The notes under the pieces were generated by a model that searched no databases, was not told where the DNA came from, and saw only the letters and a list, made by a program, of their open reading frames with translations. A DNA stretch of 63,994 nucleotides, filler included, from Basidiobolus ranarum (lineage: Eukaryota): assembly GCA_040143965.1 (NCBI GenBank). It is 5 parts of 5 records of this genome, joined end to end, with 100 filler letters (N's around TTAATTAATTAA, not from the genome) between each part and the next. Parts side by side here need not be neighbours in the genome. Positions count along the whole stretch, not along the records: positions 25,880 to 38,681 come from JASJQH010000519.1; positions 38,782 to 51,576 come from JASJQH010000520.1; 3 more parts are not named here. One strand, given 5' to 3'. Position numbers and translations under genes: made by a program. The stretch's first letter is position 1; every line of letters begins with the position of its first letter. Positions 34,925 to 46,901 of the stretch are shown in pieces.

Positions 34925-36112
34925 ATGGTCCCCGACTCGCCATCTGTTTCTATCTACCCTACCTACCTTAGGGTATTTTTCCCCGACTCTAGTGACCATG
35001 CAGATTTCCATTATTTCTGGCTTCGTCATAATTGCCCGTGCCTTGACGGCTGCCGACATCCTCAAACTCGTGAAAGGATTATTGATTCTACACAAATACC
35101 TCTGTCTGTAACCCCTAAGGGTGACGTGAAAATCAATGAACAAAAGACGGACATTGTTCTTGGATGGGATGATGGTCACACTTCTCTCTACTCGTTTGAT
35201 TTCCTTGAGGAGAACGCATACGCCAAAAATAGGAAGGCTACTCCGAGTCCTATCAACGATGGTAGTAAAGTCGAAGTTGATTTTCAAGAATATTTATTAC
35301 AATACCCACCGACACCAGCGGATATTGATGCTGGAGAGCCACTATCGGTTGAAGGCTTAAAAAAGTATCACAAGGCTATTGCTACTTCATTTAAAGAGAA
35401 TGGAGCTGTTGTGATCCGTAACCGTGGTCTGGATACCGAACAGATTATTAACGATTTCATCGCTAAAGACAAAGAAGTCATTGGCTCTCATTTTGGACGT
35501 ATAGAAGACCTTCGTACTGACAATAAGACTAACAACAACACCGATCAACTTGGCTATACTAATCATGGTATCGATCTTCATACTGATCTTCCCTATCTTG
35601 AACATGCTCCTGGAATTCAGTTCTTACAGTGTATCAACCCTGCTACTGAAGGCGGTGATAGTTACTTGGTAAATTCGGTACAAGCTGCGTACTACCTTCG
35701 TAACGAGTTGGACCGCCATGCATTTAATCTTTTAGCTACGGTTCCCATTCGCTTTCATCGTAAACAAGCTAAATATCAGAAGTCTTTAAACACTCCAATC
35801 ATTGAGTTGGCGCCGGGATCTACCATTCATGACATCGAGCCCAAGATCAGTAAGATTCGATACTCTTACTTTACCATGGCTCCTCACCAGACCTCTTTTG
35901 AGCTTATGGAAGAATGGTACCGAGCCTATAACAGGTTCTCTACTTTAGTACGTGACCCACAGCATCAGCTCCGCTTTTCATTGAAATCTGGAGATCTGGT
36001 TCTATACGACAATTATCATATGCTACACGCACGTACTGGGGTCTCAGGTCCTCGTCATTTTAGAGGAGTGTATTTGCATACTGAAGACTTTTTGGCCCAT
36101 GTAGATGCTTAA
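34925..36112 (+). CDS. Fe(II)/2-oxoglutarate dioxygenase, TauD/gamma-butyrobetaine hydroxylase family, intronless
   Basis: N-terminal GBBH-like Zn site 'WLRHNCPC..CRHP.TRER', HxD 'LHTDLPY', 'EGGDS', 'DNYHMLHAR' and 'RHFRG'. ATG at 34925. Confidence 0.9.
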   Translation: MVPDSPSVSIYPTYLRVFFPDSSDHADFHYFWLRHNCPCLDGCRHPQTRERIIDSTQIPLSVTPKGDVKINEQKTDIVLGWDDGHTSLYSFDFLEENAYAKNRKATPSPINDGSKVEVDFQEYLLQYPPTPADIDAGEPLSVEGLKKYHKAIATSFKENGAVVIRNRGLDTEQIINDFIAKDKEVIGSHFGRIEDLRTDNKTNNNTDQLGYTNHGIDLHTDLPYLEHAPGIQFLQCINPATEGGDSYLVNSVQAAYYLRNELDRHAFNLLATVPIRFHRKQAKYQKSLNTPIIELAPGSTIHDIEPKISKIRYSYFTMAPHQTSFELMEEWYRAYNRFSTLVRDPQHQLRFSLKSGDLVLYDNYHMLHARTGVSGPRHFRGVYLHTEDFLAHVDA

Positions 36113-37162
36113 ATATCATTAGCTTTTCTTTCACGTGGCCAGGCTATCGATTGAAAGTTATTTGCTGATCAAATTGTATTTACTCTGAATTTTCCTTCTG
36201 ATTTCGCATGTAATATTTACCAAATAAAACGTTTCCTGAAATATCCGGTTTCTTTTACTATTGAGTGGAGTTGTTACCATGAATTGATGGTCATGTCAGC
36301 ATATATAACTTATGTTAGTACTAGCCCCTCGTATAAAGCATGGACATTTCCAGTTCATAGTTATATAGTCAAATATGACGATGTCAACTCCGACTTGTGT
36401 GGTGTACAACCATGAACTCTTGCCTATTTATTACAGAAGTTCTTTTCCCGTTTTGAAATATGCAATGATACGCTAGTGTGTATACCATACTATTCTAGAA
36501 TAAAGGCAGTAGCAAATACTCCAGAAGTACATAGAAAATAAGACATATGTAAGCTGTAAATCCACTGTTCAACTCAGCGAATCAGTAACAAAATCACCTG
36601 GAAAATCCGATAAATTGGTGGTGTGAATTTTGATACTGCTTGAAAGAATGACTTGGGTATTATTCCACCGAAACTACATCTTTGACACCCACGGTTCTTG
36701 GTAAATGCACTCCCAATCAAGTCATCATCCTTCACTCCAAAGCAATGACTTCCACATACTATAGTGCTTGAAATAATCCACGATACTTGAGTTAATGCCA
36801 TCAAGAGTGGCAGGGAGTTAAATGGGTATTTGGTTGATTGGCATACGATTGACTCTCAATATGGTGCTGAAAATATCCACGTTTCTCAATCAGCTACACT
36901 CATAGATTTAAATCATCATAATTGATTGCTGAGTCAGTAGAATCTGTTTTTTAGGATTGATTTCTTCGATAAAATGCAGACTATCCACCAATTTAGACAA
37001 TCACGCACCAAGTGATTAACTAAGATTTTTTATTTTCTTTGTATGGTGATCCATGAAGGATAGTTGGGATTATTTCTATCCAATTATTTATTTACTATCA
37101 ACAACCAAAAGTGTGCCTCTTATATTGATGAGTGCAAGCTTTATATCATTTCTGCTCACAAA

Positions 37163-37855
37163 ATGAAAAAAAGAGTCAAGTCTCGAGTCTCACCCAAGAC
37201 TACCAAGGACCAGGATAAACCCGGACAACGGACTATTTCCAGTTACTTCAAAACCACTTCTGAAAATGAAAATCCCCCCGTTGGAACGCTTAGTACTCTT
37301 GACCAAACCCCTGCATCAAGTACTGAGAGTCCCTCAAAGCGCTCCATCAGACATACTAACAAAGCAAAGCGAGAGAAAACTAGCCCTCCAAAAAGCACTC
37401 CAAAGAAATTAAGTATGCTGGAGCGTTGGGTCATTCAGAAAGTGGGAATTGTACCTGAAGCCGCGAGATCTGGAGTATTTGAAGAGGAACTAGGCCTTGA
37501 TATAGGAAGTTCTGACGAGGAAGTTTCTTTAACTCCTTTGAAAAAAGCAAAGCTAGGTTATTTTAGCTTTTCTCCTGCCGTCAATTTTTACAAGAAATTT
37601 GAGAAAAACTTGAGCGCAGAACCAGAGAGTCCCGTCCTTTCTACAAGAGATATGTTTTTAAGTTTAATCGATGAACCCATTGAATTCAATAGAGATGTCT
37701 CTCCACCTTTTATGCTCTCCCAAAATTCGGATACATTAGAAGATTCATCCAAGGATGAAGAGGTAGATGTCACTTTACCTGAAGAAGCAGATGCCATTTT
37801 GCCTGAAGAAGCGGACAAGAAGGCTGATACACCTCCACCTGACGAGACAAATTAA
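37163..37855 (+). CDS. Disordered basic/acidic hypothetical protein with a PIP box
   Basis: Open frame of about 230 aa, low complexity, containing QRTISSYF and many S/T-P sites. ATG at 37163. Confidence 0.6.
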   Translation: MKKRVKSRVSPKTTKDQDKPGQRTISSYFKTTSENENPPVGTLSTLDQTPASSTESPSKRSIRHTNKAKREKTSPPKSTPKKLSMLERWVIQKVGIVPEAARSGVFEEELGLDIGSSDEEVSLTPLKKAKLGYFSFSPAVNFYKKFEKNLSAEPESPVLSTRDMFLSLIDEPIEFNRDVSPPFMLSQNSDTLEDSSKDEEVDVTLPEEADAILPEEADKKADTPPPDETN

Positions 37856-38159
37856 TACTACAGCAAGCCCTTCGCAGTGAGGAAAAGAATTATGAAGGTA
37901 TTTGGTTTACTATCATGACGACCTGTTTGGCATTTATTCAAAGTTGAGATATAGGCAAACATAACCGAAGATTGCTCTAAGTTTAGTTATATTTAATCAT
38001 CTTATAAGCAACCTTTAGGCTTGAGATTCATAGCCAATTATGAGTAAACAAAGCTATCATGGCATCAGCTAGGTTGTTCGACTCTAGTCAAGTTTTGATC
38101 AGCCAGGCCTAAAGGAGAGTTGCATTTAATCTCCACATGGATTGTATACACCAAATATC

Positions 38160-38681
38160 AAGTCCTGAACACTTGCCAGTCGTCGACGGATTGGTGTATT
38201 GCTTCATGATATTTGTATAGATCTCCTCTTACCGTTGGAGTCAGCATCAGCTGTTCCATGTCCGTTGCATCAAGCTTAGACTGTATATTTTTCTAATAAA
38301 AGCGATGTACATAAAATGATGAAGCAAGCGAGGGAGCTGACATTGGGTAAACGAAACTACACCTGTGATCACTAATTTCCATGTGTTGGCATGTTTTTCG
38401 TGCAAATCGCTGTTCTAGCATCTCGATGTTTTCATGGATGGGAATCGGGATTGCAAAGAATCCCCATATGGAAATCTCGGCAACTAGCGCTGTACTGGGA
38501 ATGATATTTCTCTGGCCAAAAGCAATAGAATCAGCATCATTCTTGCACTAAACTTACAGCATTTAGCCTGAGCTGATCGGTCCATCAGGCCAATAAGTAT
38601 ATACATTTACATCGTAAGGAAATCCTCTCTTTGGTGAGATAGCCGTACAACTCCGTGCTGCAACTATCGACCCTTCCATTC
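38160..38681 (-). CDS. Partial intron-containing hypothetical gene cut by the contig end
   Basis: Exon-like frames 'MEGSIVAARSCTAISPKRGFPYD|CKNDADSIAFGQRNIIPSTALVAEISIWGFF...' joined by a GT-AG intron. No family recognised and the 3' structure is unresolved. Confidence 0.35.
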
Positions 38682-38781
38682 NNNNNNNNNNNNNNNNNNN
38701 NNNNNNNNNNNNNNNNNNNNNNNNNTTAATTAATTAANNNNNNNNNNNNNNNNNNNNNNNNNNNNNNNNNNNNNNNNNNNN
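38682..38781. other. Artificial contig-joining linker
   Basis: N44-TTAATTAATTAA-N44. Confidence 0.98.
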
Positions 38782-38918
<137 letters not shown>

Positions 38919-39186
38919 TTGCCCCATTTTCAACACACCTCAATTTCTATTTTGTACGATAATTTAGTAACCTTTGTTAATAAAGAAATTTCAAGCTATT
39001 CGTCAAGGAATGAAATTATTTTAGTGACATCGTTAAAATTTAACCCTTGTGTATGTATTCTCATCCTAAAGAATACTACTTCATCTTAATTCATAGCCTT
39101 AGTTTAGTTCCTTTATTTCTGCTTTGGTCATGTTTTTATTTAATTGGAGTAATATTAAAAAAGTTAATCATATTCTACAAACTATA

Positions 39187-40178
39187 TTAACCTTCCCAAT
39201 GAACTGTTCAACACAAGAAGTGTGCATTAGAATGGAGTTGAGCGCATTTCATAAAATGATAGAAAACCTTACCTGGAAGTTTATCTCCAGGAACGAAAAT
39301 ACGTTCTACGCCCTCTTCTGTGATGATAGCCATTCTAATAACACCACCAGATGAACCATCTCTAGACATAGCAAGTGATACAGCTAGATATTTAAATGAA
39401 ATGAAGTTTTAGAGAGGTGGCATTACTAATTGCGAATCAAGCCTTCGCTTACCATTTTTAACAAACTCAACACACTGATCTCTGTTCATATTCTTGTTAT
39501 AGACGGAATCACAGTAACCATAAATATATGTGGAGCCAGAGCCTAATAAATTTATAATTTAGTCACTGGATTGCCTTTCGTTAGCAATTAATAGTATATC
39601 CAGTACCTCCAATAGCAAAAGGCTCTCGGTGTAAAGAGCCGCCAAGCGGGATATTATAGACACAGCCGCCATCTTTCTTGTCCCAGCCACCTATAATGAT
39701 ACCCGCCATAAGTCCATCCTTATTGGTATAGCACAGCTCTTGGAAGAGAGAGGCAGCTACTCGAGTAGTAGGTGCTTCACCATGCTGAACACTTTGGGTC
39801 TATATGTTAATGGATGGAAATAAAGCAGTCACATGGTATAATTGTAACACTTACGTATACATTTGTAGATAATAATGTACTATATCAGCAATGGCCTGGG
39901 TATCAGCAGCACTACCAGAACGACAGCACCATATTTTATCATGAACTGGTGTCAACTTGTCTGTTACTCGATTGGCAATGTAAGATCCAGTAGTGGTACG
40001 TGAATCAGCTCCGATGATAACTCCTTTGTCAAATTCAACCGCCATAATGGTGGTCTATATGAAAAAAATGAAAAAGTCGATTAAATTGCGGGGTCTTAAA
40101 GATGAGTTCTTTGGTTTATTTTTACTGCTTGTAATAACTTACACCTAGATTGGCTTCTCCGGGCTTTAAACTGGCCAT
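39187..40178 (-). CDS. PRE3: 20S proteasome subunit beta-1, multi-exon
   Basis: [47 protein letters not shown]...[10 protein letters not shown]; later exons give AIGG and '[11 protein letters not shown]...[18 protein letters not shown]'. Confidence 0.95.
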
Positions 40179-40799
40179 ATTTGTTGAGACTTTAAGGAGT
40201 ACGCTGTAGAATAAGAGTTGTTTCTGAGCTAGTCAAGCTGGTGTATATGCTACGGTTGGTTTCGATGCAACGCTTACTTCATCCTAAATAAAAATCAGTT
40301 GCTTGCGTCACTGGTATATCATGAGGAACACATCTAGTGGCAATAGAGCGTCATTAGTAAAACTATTGCTGGAATAATCAAGATCACTAATATGCTCGAT
40401 TTGTCTCAGAGGTACTCTAAGGATATTGTTAATACTGTTTGAGAAGATACTTGAAAAAATCAAAGCAGAGTCTGGTCCCAAAAAAGAAAAGATCAAGGTA
40501 TCATGGATACATGTATGAGCAAGGGTACAGATAGCTGTGTGAGCATAAAGCATACAGCATAGCAAGAAGCATACTGCACTATAACAATATGGAGTATCCA
40601 TCTATTCAATTTACTTGTAGATATACGTATTGAGGGCCTTCGATATTATAGTGATTCTCATTTAAACCAAATGCCACCAAGTTCGTTCCCTCACTGGACT
40701 TGGAATCACAACTGGTCCACCATTTGGGGCATTTGAGGAAGTATATTTGATTTAACACTCTTGGATTCTCTCTTCAACTATCAATGTGCTATCTCCCCT

Positions 40800-41147
40800 T
40801 ACCAAATAGACAAAAAGGCAATGTCTTTGGTTTCAAATATAGCAAAGACGGAAGGTTTTTTGCTTGGGCTACCCCTGACTCGTGCGTGCACCTTCCCTTT
40901 CGGTTTTGAGAGGCGTTCCATCAAGGTGTCTATTGAAGGAGCACTTAAGTCTGGTAACCTGGCTATTACTGAGAATGACAAGAAAATACGCACTCTTAAC
41001 AAGAAGCTTCATCAAATTAGTGATCTAAGGAGCGTCAAATTAAAAGAGAAACCCTTGATTTTACCCAGGTGTTTTCCCATATGTTTAAATTGAGATGATT
41101 AAAACCAAATCAACTTTACAGAAAGAATCGGAAGTTCTTGAGTTGTA
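40800..41147 (+). pseudogene. Degenerate fragment resembling the eIF2A/PYM-type C-terminal coiled coil
   Basis: 'NDKKIRTLNKKLHQISDL' then, after a 1-nt frameshift near 41028, 'ERQIKRETLDFTQ' and a GT donor. It resembles 'DKKIR.L.KKLR.I..LK.RQ..GE.L...Q'. Confidence 0.35.
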
Positions 41148-42456
41148 GTAACTCTGTGCCATGTTTCTCTCCATTAGCATACCCATGCGTGGTCTCTTTC
41201 AGACATAAATTTTCCAAACAGTCGCATATTTCCTCGTACGTTTAATGGGATACCTGGTTATTAATATTAAATCGAAATTTCATTATTCCGTTAGTGGAAA
41301 GTATCTATTCCAGAGACGTATTTCACCGATGAGGTGCAAACTCACACTAATTACTACAGATTTTATTTTGCTGAAGTCCTCAATGATATTTCCCTAGTGT
41401 ATAGTAAGCCAAATGGTTAGAATGGAAGTCACTTGCTTGAATTTTGAACTGACTCGCTGCAGCTTGGAGTGGCATTGGCCGGAATGCTTGACAGAGCCTA
41501 TAACACTACAACGAGATGTTCCTCTATTACTTTCAAATACTAAATCATAAGAAGAGTATACTATTCTGTGGTATATCCCACCATTGCACAGAACCCTCGG
41601 AGATTTACTGTGACTTTATAATTCCACTTATAATGATCACCTCAGGATACTACTGACCAGTCATCATATATAGCTTGATGTACAACTAATTAAATCGAGA
41701 GGGAGCAAGTTTAACTCAAAATCCTCAACATCACTCGGTGCAAGCTACACTTGTGGCCTTTGTACTGTGTTGAATAATCTTTCCAGAGATGAATCTGCAT
41801 AGTCCATCCAATATGCATCTGCTTCCATCGGATATTACGCTTCTCATCATGCATCCAATGGCTTTGCCGTGAATAGTAACAGCTCACCCAATCAGTAACA
41901 TTCTGGTGGAATTCATTATGTGGTCTTGGTCTGCCAAGTGCTCGTTGGATCACCCTCGACTTGCATCATTTAGCAAAGAAGCTATCATCGGGTGTTTAGA
42001 AAGTGAGTGCTCAAGCCACCATTGGTATTCCAAATAAGAAGTAGTGAGAGTGTGCCGAGGAGATGTGGGGAAATAGGCTGAATATAATCAATAATGCCAA
42101 GGCTACGATACCAATGAGCATGTGAACAATAGGTAGAAAACGCTGTCACGTTTGAGTCGATCTGTACACTATTGATGTGTTGACTGGGATTTGTTACCCC
42201 CCAATGGTGTATCTGGATGACGGTTTACCGTGGTTTTGAATGAAAGATGTTGGTAATGCACCTACATCTTTCCCCAGTGTCAACCAACCCAGTCTTGTCT
42301 CACTTTGGCTGTTCTACTGCGATGCTCACTTGATTGGTATTATATAGTGAATGCTTCTATGATGCGATGCGTTTGTTGGATCATCATATAGATGACTTCA
42401 GCCAAGGGTTATAAGGAGTCCGTGAGGATGGTATCCACTACTTTCTCGCTATCAAT

Positions 42457-43366
42457 ATGACCAAAGCCACAACATTATTCTCAATCCTGGTTGCGTCCCA
42501 AGCTGCGTACGCCAAGATCAATCGTATAGTTGCTTACGCGGATTCATTAACAGTAAGTTCTGTATCATACCACACACACGCGTGAACTGATCCTCACTAT
42601 TTTTCAGGATAACGGAAATTGTTACCGGTACAGTGGTATTCCATCAGCTCCATACCATGAAGGGCGCTTCTCCAATGGTCCTACTTGGATTGACTACACC
42701 GCTAAGGCCCTAGGTGTTCCGCAAACAAATCATGGATATGGAGGAGCTACAAGCAATAATGACTATGTCTATTCCCAGTTTGGTGATTACGTTATACCTG
42801 GTTTCAAACAGCAACTTGAGCAGCTTCCTCCTCCATCGGGGGACCAGAAGCAAAATGTATATGTGATTTTTATCGCTGCCAATGATATACTTGCTCTAGG
42901 TCACGCGGGGACTCACATCGTGGTAAGAAATTACACTGCGACCACTATTGTTGATAACGTTATGGAAGGAGTTAGGCTGTTGGATACAACTCACAAGGCC
43001 AGAAATCTGCTTGTGTTTAATCAATTCCCTCTCTATAGATTCCCCTCCATCAAATCCCAAGATAAGGCTTACATCAAGAATGTTATCAGCCAATTTAATA
43101 GTGAGCTCTTCAAACGAGTGGATGCAATGAAGAAAGCACACATCACGCATGTTGATGTCCATACTTGGTTGACGGGTATACTGGACGATCCTACGGCTTA
43201 CAGCTTCAAAATCACTAATACTAGTTGCCTAAACTCTTCAGGAGCATGTGATAGTCCTGATGAATACGTGCTCTGGGATACCATTCATCCAACAACCAAG
43301 CTTCACAAACTTCTGGGTGAATATGTAGCTACTATCATCTCTAAAAACTTTGATAGCCGCACTTGA
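42457..43366 (+). CDS. Secreted GDSL/SGNH lipase-esterase, 2 exons
   Basis: Signal peptide; block I 'AYADSLT|DNGN' (intron 42553-42607), 'GRFSNGPTWIDY', 'YGGAT', 'IAAND' and block V 'WDTIHPT'. Confidence 0.9.
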
Positions 43367-43777
43367 GAGATCGTATTATGTGTATGTTGCTGGCCCAAAA
43401 AATGACTAAATGTTGCGTATATAGAGATCGCTGATTGAGTGTGAATTGAGACGCAGTCACCAGAAACCATGTTAGAGAAATCTCCATACTGTCTATATTG
43501 ATGTTAGCTGCGGGTTATGCTCGATATGCTAAATAAAGGATTAGGAGGCTGTTAGACTGCTTTATAACACACATGTAGTTCAATAAGCATCTATCATTGT
43601 TGTAAGTATTTGGGATGAATTGGAAGTGCTTAGGATAATTAGTAGAGACATGTGATTGTTGAAGTATTTTGCGAGTTTGTTGGAAGTGGTTTGGAGAATT
43701 AGAGAAATTGGTGGTTTTCACTTATTGAGTATTCAGTTGACATTTATAGTTTTGTCAAGAGGTAAACAAAAAAACGT

Positions 43778-43998
43778 GTAGAATGTGTTAAGGAAGGTCC
43801 CAGAAACATGTGTGCAAAGTTTGGGGCTTCTAGCATAAGTTTGAAAAATCTATATATCTGAGAACTTCCAAGTTGGTGTCAATATTCTTAGTAAATTCCG
43901 ATATCGAATAATGGGTAATATCTTAGTTCAATATAGGATAACTAAGTACTAAGCTATATATGACTATATAGGTGTTTAGGCAATGCTAATTTCAACAG
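43778..43998 (+). repeat. Dispersed repeat family B
   Basis: 43916-43995 matches the reverse complement of 51342-51421 (71 of 80 nt by my alignment). The upstream part matches 24415-24625. Confidence 0.8.
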
Positions 43999-45296
43999 TT
44001 GCAGCAGTAAGATAGAACAAAGAAACAATAAGTGTAGCTTTCATGTTAATAAGTCAATGGTCGTTAGCAGTCAAGCCGTATAAAGTATATATCTGGTTAA
44101 AGTCTTACCACACTTTATACTTGCAGAAATACAATTAGAGAAGCATACGCTTTTCTTCTCTTAATGGCTGAATCCCTGAGCTCCTACAGTTTACTAGTCA
44201 AATTAGCAGTATTTTAACAAAAGTAACATAGTCCATTTGCCACCAACTTTATGTTATTACCTTCCCCAGATCAATGGTGGTATACATATATATAAGGCTT
44301 ATCCATTTGTAGTTAAAGCAATGGTAAATGAGATTTGTCTTTATTTCGATCTGATTACGGTGGGTTCGGGTTTTTACTAGATTTATGTTACGATGGCCAG
44401 CAGCTACCATGGGAAGGAATATTCACGTGGTTACTTAGCAGATTAGTTGTTTATGGACTCTTGGGATGTTTCATTGGAATATATAGCTGAAGAGTTAACT
44501 GCAGTTAGAATGGTCACTTAGAATTATTACTAAATAAGTTCATGTCAGTTGCAAATATACGCCATTCCTATTCCATGACTGTGAAAGTCTTCAGCATTAA
44601 TCTGGGTTTTCAACATCGCTCTCACTCATGTTGCCAATAAACTTATAGTAAACTTAGAACATAAAAGGATGTATACTCTAGTTTTTTCTATTAACATAGG
44701 AGCAATACACACATCTAGATATAGCATATTCTCTGCCAAGTCGCCTTCCAGCAGATGATCTATAATGAATCGATAGATCATTGGGGCAAAGGATTATTAA
44801 ATCTGGATACACATGTCATATGCTTTGATAGGTACATCTGAGTAGCTCAGTAATATCGTGAATCCAATTTCCGCGCAGATTGGAACCGCATATCATCATC
44901 GTGGTAACTACTGAATGCAGGAGCTTGCAAGGCTCAAGATCATCAAGATTATTCATTATGCTAGTAAATATCACCAATCTACATATTTCTGGTCTTGCAT
45001 GAAACCTATACAAGACGTATTGAATCCCAAGCAGAGGAATATATGGAATCACATTTAAGCAGTTACTTAGTAGCTTGCATAAGAGAATAGAACATATGTT
45101 GAACGATAGAGGTAGGGATATTCTCAGTTGGATTAAAAGTAAGTGCGTACATTACTTAATCATTTCAATACATTTCCTTTTTGATCTACCGTAGGTAGGG
45201 AGTACCTGACTTTTAGGTCTGATGTTGGTATAAGTAGCAAAGAGAAGTAGTCTCTGGCAATCACAATCCATATACTAAACTCTCTACTTATTAATC

Positions 45297-45641
45297 ATGC
45301 GTTTCATATTTGCTTTATTAGTTGTATTGTGCGCAATTTTCTCTACAATTGCTGCTCCATTACCATTGAAGGTTGCGGTAAATGCCAACGCTGGGCCTAC
45401 GGGTACTCCACTTACTCCTAGTAGTTGTGCAGATATTAACGCTAAGGTCAATGTTTTGAATGTGAAAGTCGCCGCAGTTATTTGTCTTAAGAGTGGAGAA
45501 GAGCTGCCTACCGGTATGGTACCAAACCCGAGTACCCAATGCTCCCCCGATATCGATGCAAGCATTGAAGCATTGGGATTGAACATTCGCGCAATTGTAT
45601 GTCTTAGCGACGGCATCAAAGTAGCTGTTACTGTTCAATAA
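45297..45641 (+). CDS. Small secreted cysteine-containing protein with an internal duplication
   Basis: Signal peptide MRFIFALLVVLCAIFSTIA-AP, TATA-like tataag near 45228, and two units C.(x)DI.A....L.....A..CL. Confidence 0.8.
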   Translation: MRFIFALLVVLCAIFSTIAAPLPLKVAVNANAGPTGTPLTPSSCADINAKVNVLNVKVAAVICLKSGEELPTGMVPNPSTQCSPDIDASIEALGLNIRAIVCLSDGIKVAVTVQ

Positions 45642-46828
45642 TTCAAGTCAACGATACACTTACATTAAGCTTTTGGCCACGCATAATCGTCATTGAATAA
45701 ACCGTTATTACATGTCACATTTCCTGATCACATAAGTTTTCTTTCGCATAACACCACTAGATATTTCGTTGAAAGAATATACGCTTCTCACTGCATTTCC
45801 GCGAAACGTAAGTATATATATTTAGAACAAAATAATGAAGTATTTATTTACTTCTACCGATTTCTCAAGGTAGCAATAGGGTTGCACTTCAAGCACCCCT
45901 CGGGTTCTTAATTAATTGATAGTCATAATTCCTTGATTACAGCATGATGCCACCCATTTTTGACCAAAGAATGAGATAATATTTTATTGCGGGGTTGTGA
46001 GAATATTGCTGATCCAGTCATCTCGACTTATCTGCCAAAAGAGCACCAAAAGTACTAAGCAAGGTGGATGGTGAGTGATGTAAAAACAGTGGCGATTTAC
46101 CAAAATTGATAAAAGTGAACTCCAATTATTTCATCTCAACATGGAAAGCCTCAAGCAAGAACAACAATATTCGCTTTTTCTACATATGGAAATAATTAAA
46201 TCAAAATAATTGACAGTGGAGCATTGATCCCGTCCTATATACTTCCATGTAAGCTCTGTAGAATGGTGCACCTTATTCATATTTGCGAAAGTTACTCTCT
46301 CTTATGATGCTAACGTTCTCCTAACCCTGGTGAATCAATGGCGTTAAAACATTGGCGTTGGCCATAAATCTAAGACTTGCGGTCGCCGCACTCTCCACCA
46401 AGTCGCTGTTTAGATGATGACCCACGATGAATCCAATATATTCACCAAGTTTTATGTCGACAACTTTCCCACACGTCTCACAATCACCAAAACAGTCAAC
46501 GAATGCATATATCTCCGGAACTACTGGATGAACCATTACTAATCTTTAGGCAGATGATTCCCTACTATTATTCTAACCTAGGTATAAATTTCAAAACGAA
46601 CAGACAGCGGAGACAAAAGTTACGAGACATCGAAAATGGGTCGTCAGTGTCATATACGTGTTTTGAAATTAGCACACTCCCAAATCCGGCAGGAATGCCA
46701 CTCGATTTCCCCCTGATCAACCCTATAAAGATAGCACAATCGAAATAAAGTTAATCAGTCAATTTATCAGTGAATCAAGTCCCGAAATTGCACTCACGTC
46801 AGGAACCAGGCTCAATGTTATCGTAAAA

Positions 46829-46901
46829 GGCCCTGTAGCTCAGTGGATAGAGCGTCCGCCTCCTAAGCGGAAGGCCCCGGGTTCGACCCCCGGTTGGGTT
46901 G
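46829..46901 (+). tRNA. tRNA-Arg(CCT)
   Basis: Cloverleaf GGCCCTG-TA-GCTC AGTGGATA GAGC-G-TCCGC CT[CCT]AA GCGGA-AGGCC-CCGGG TTCGACC CCCGG-TTGGGTT-G, with A20 and a downstream TTTTT Pol III terminator. Confidence 0.9.
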
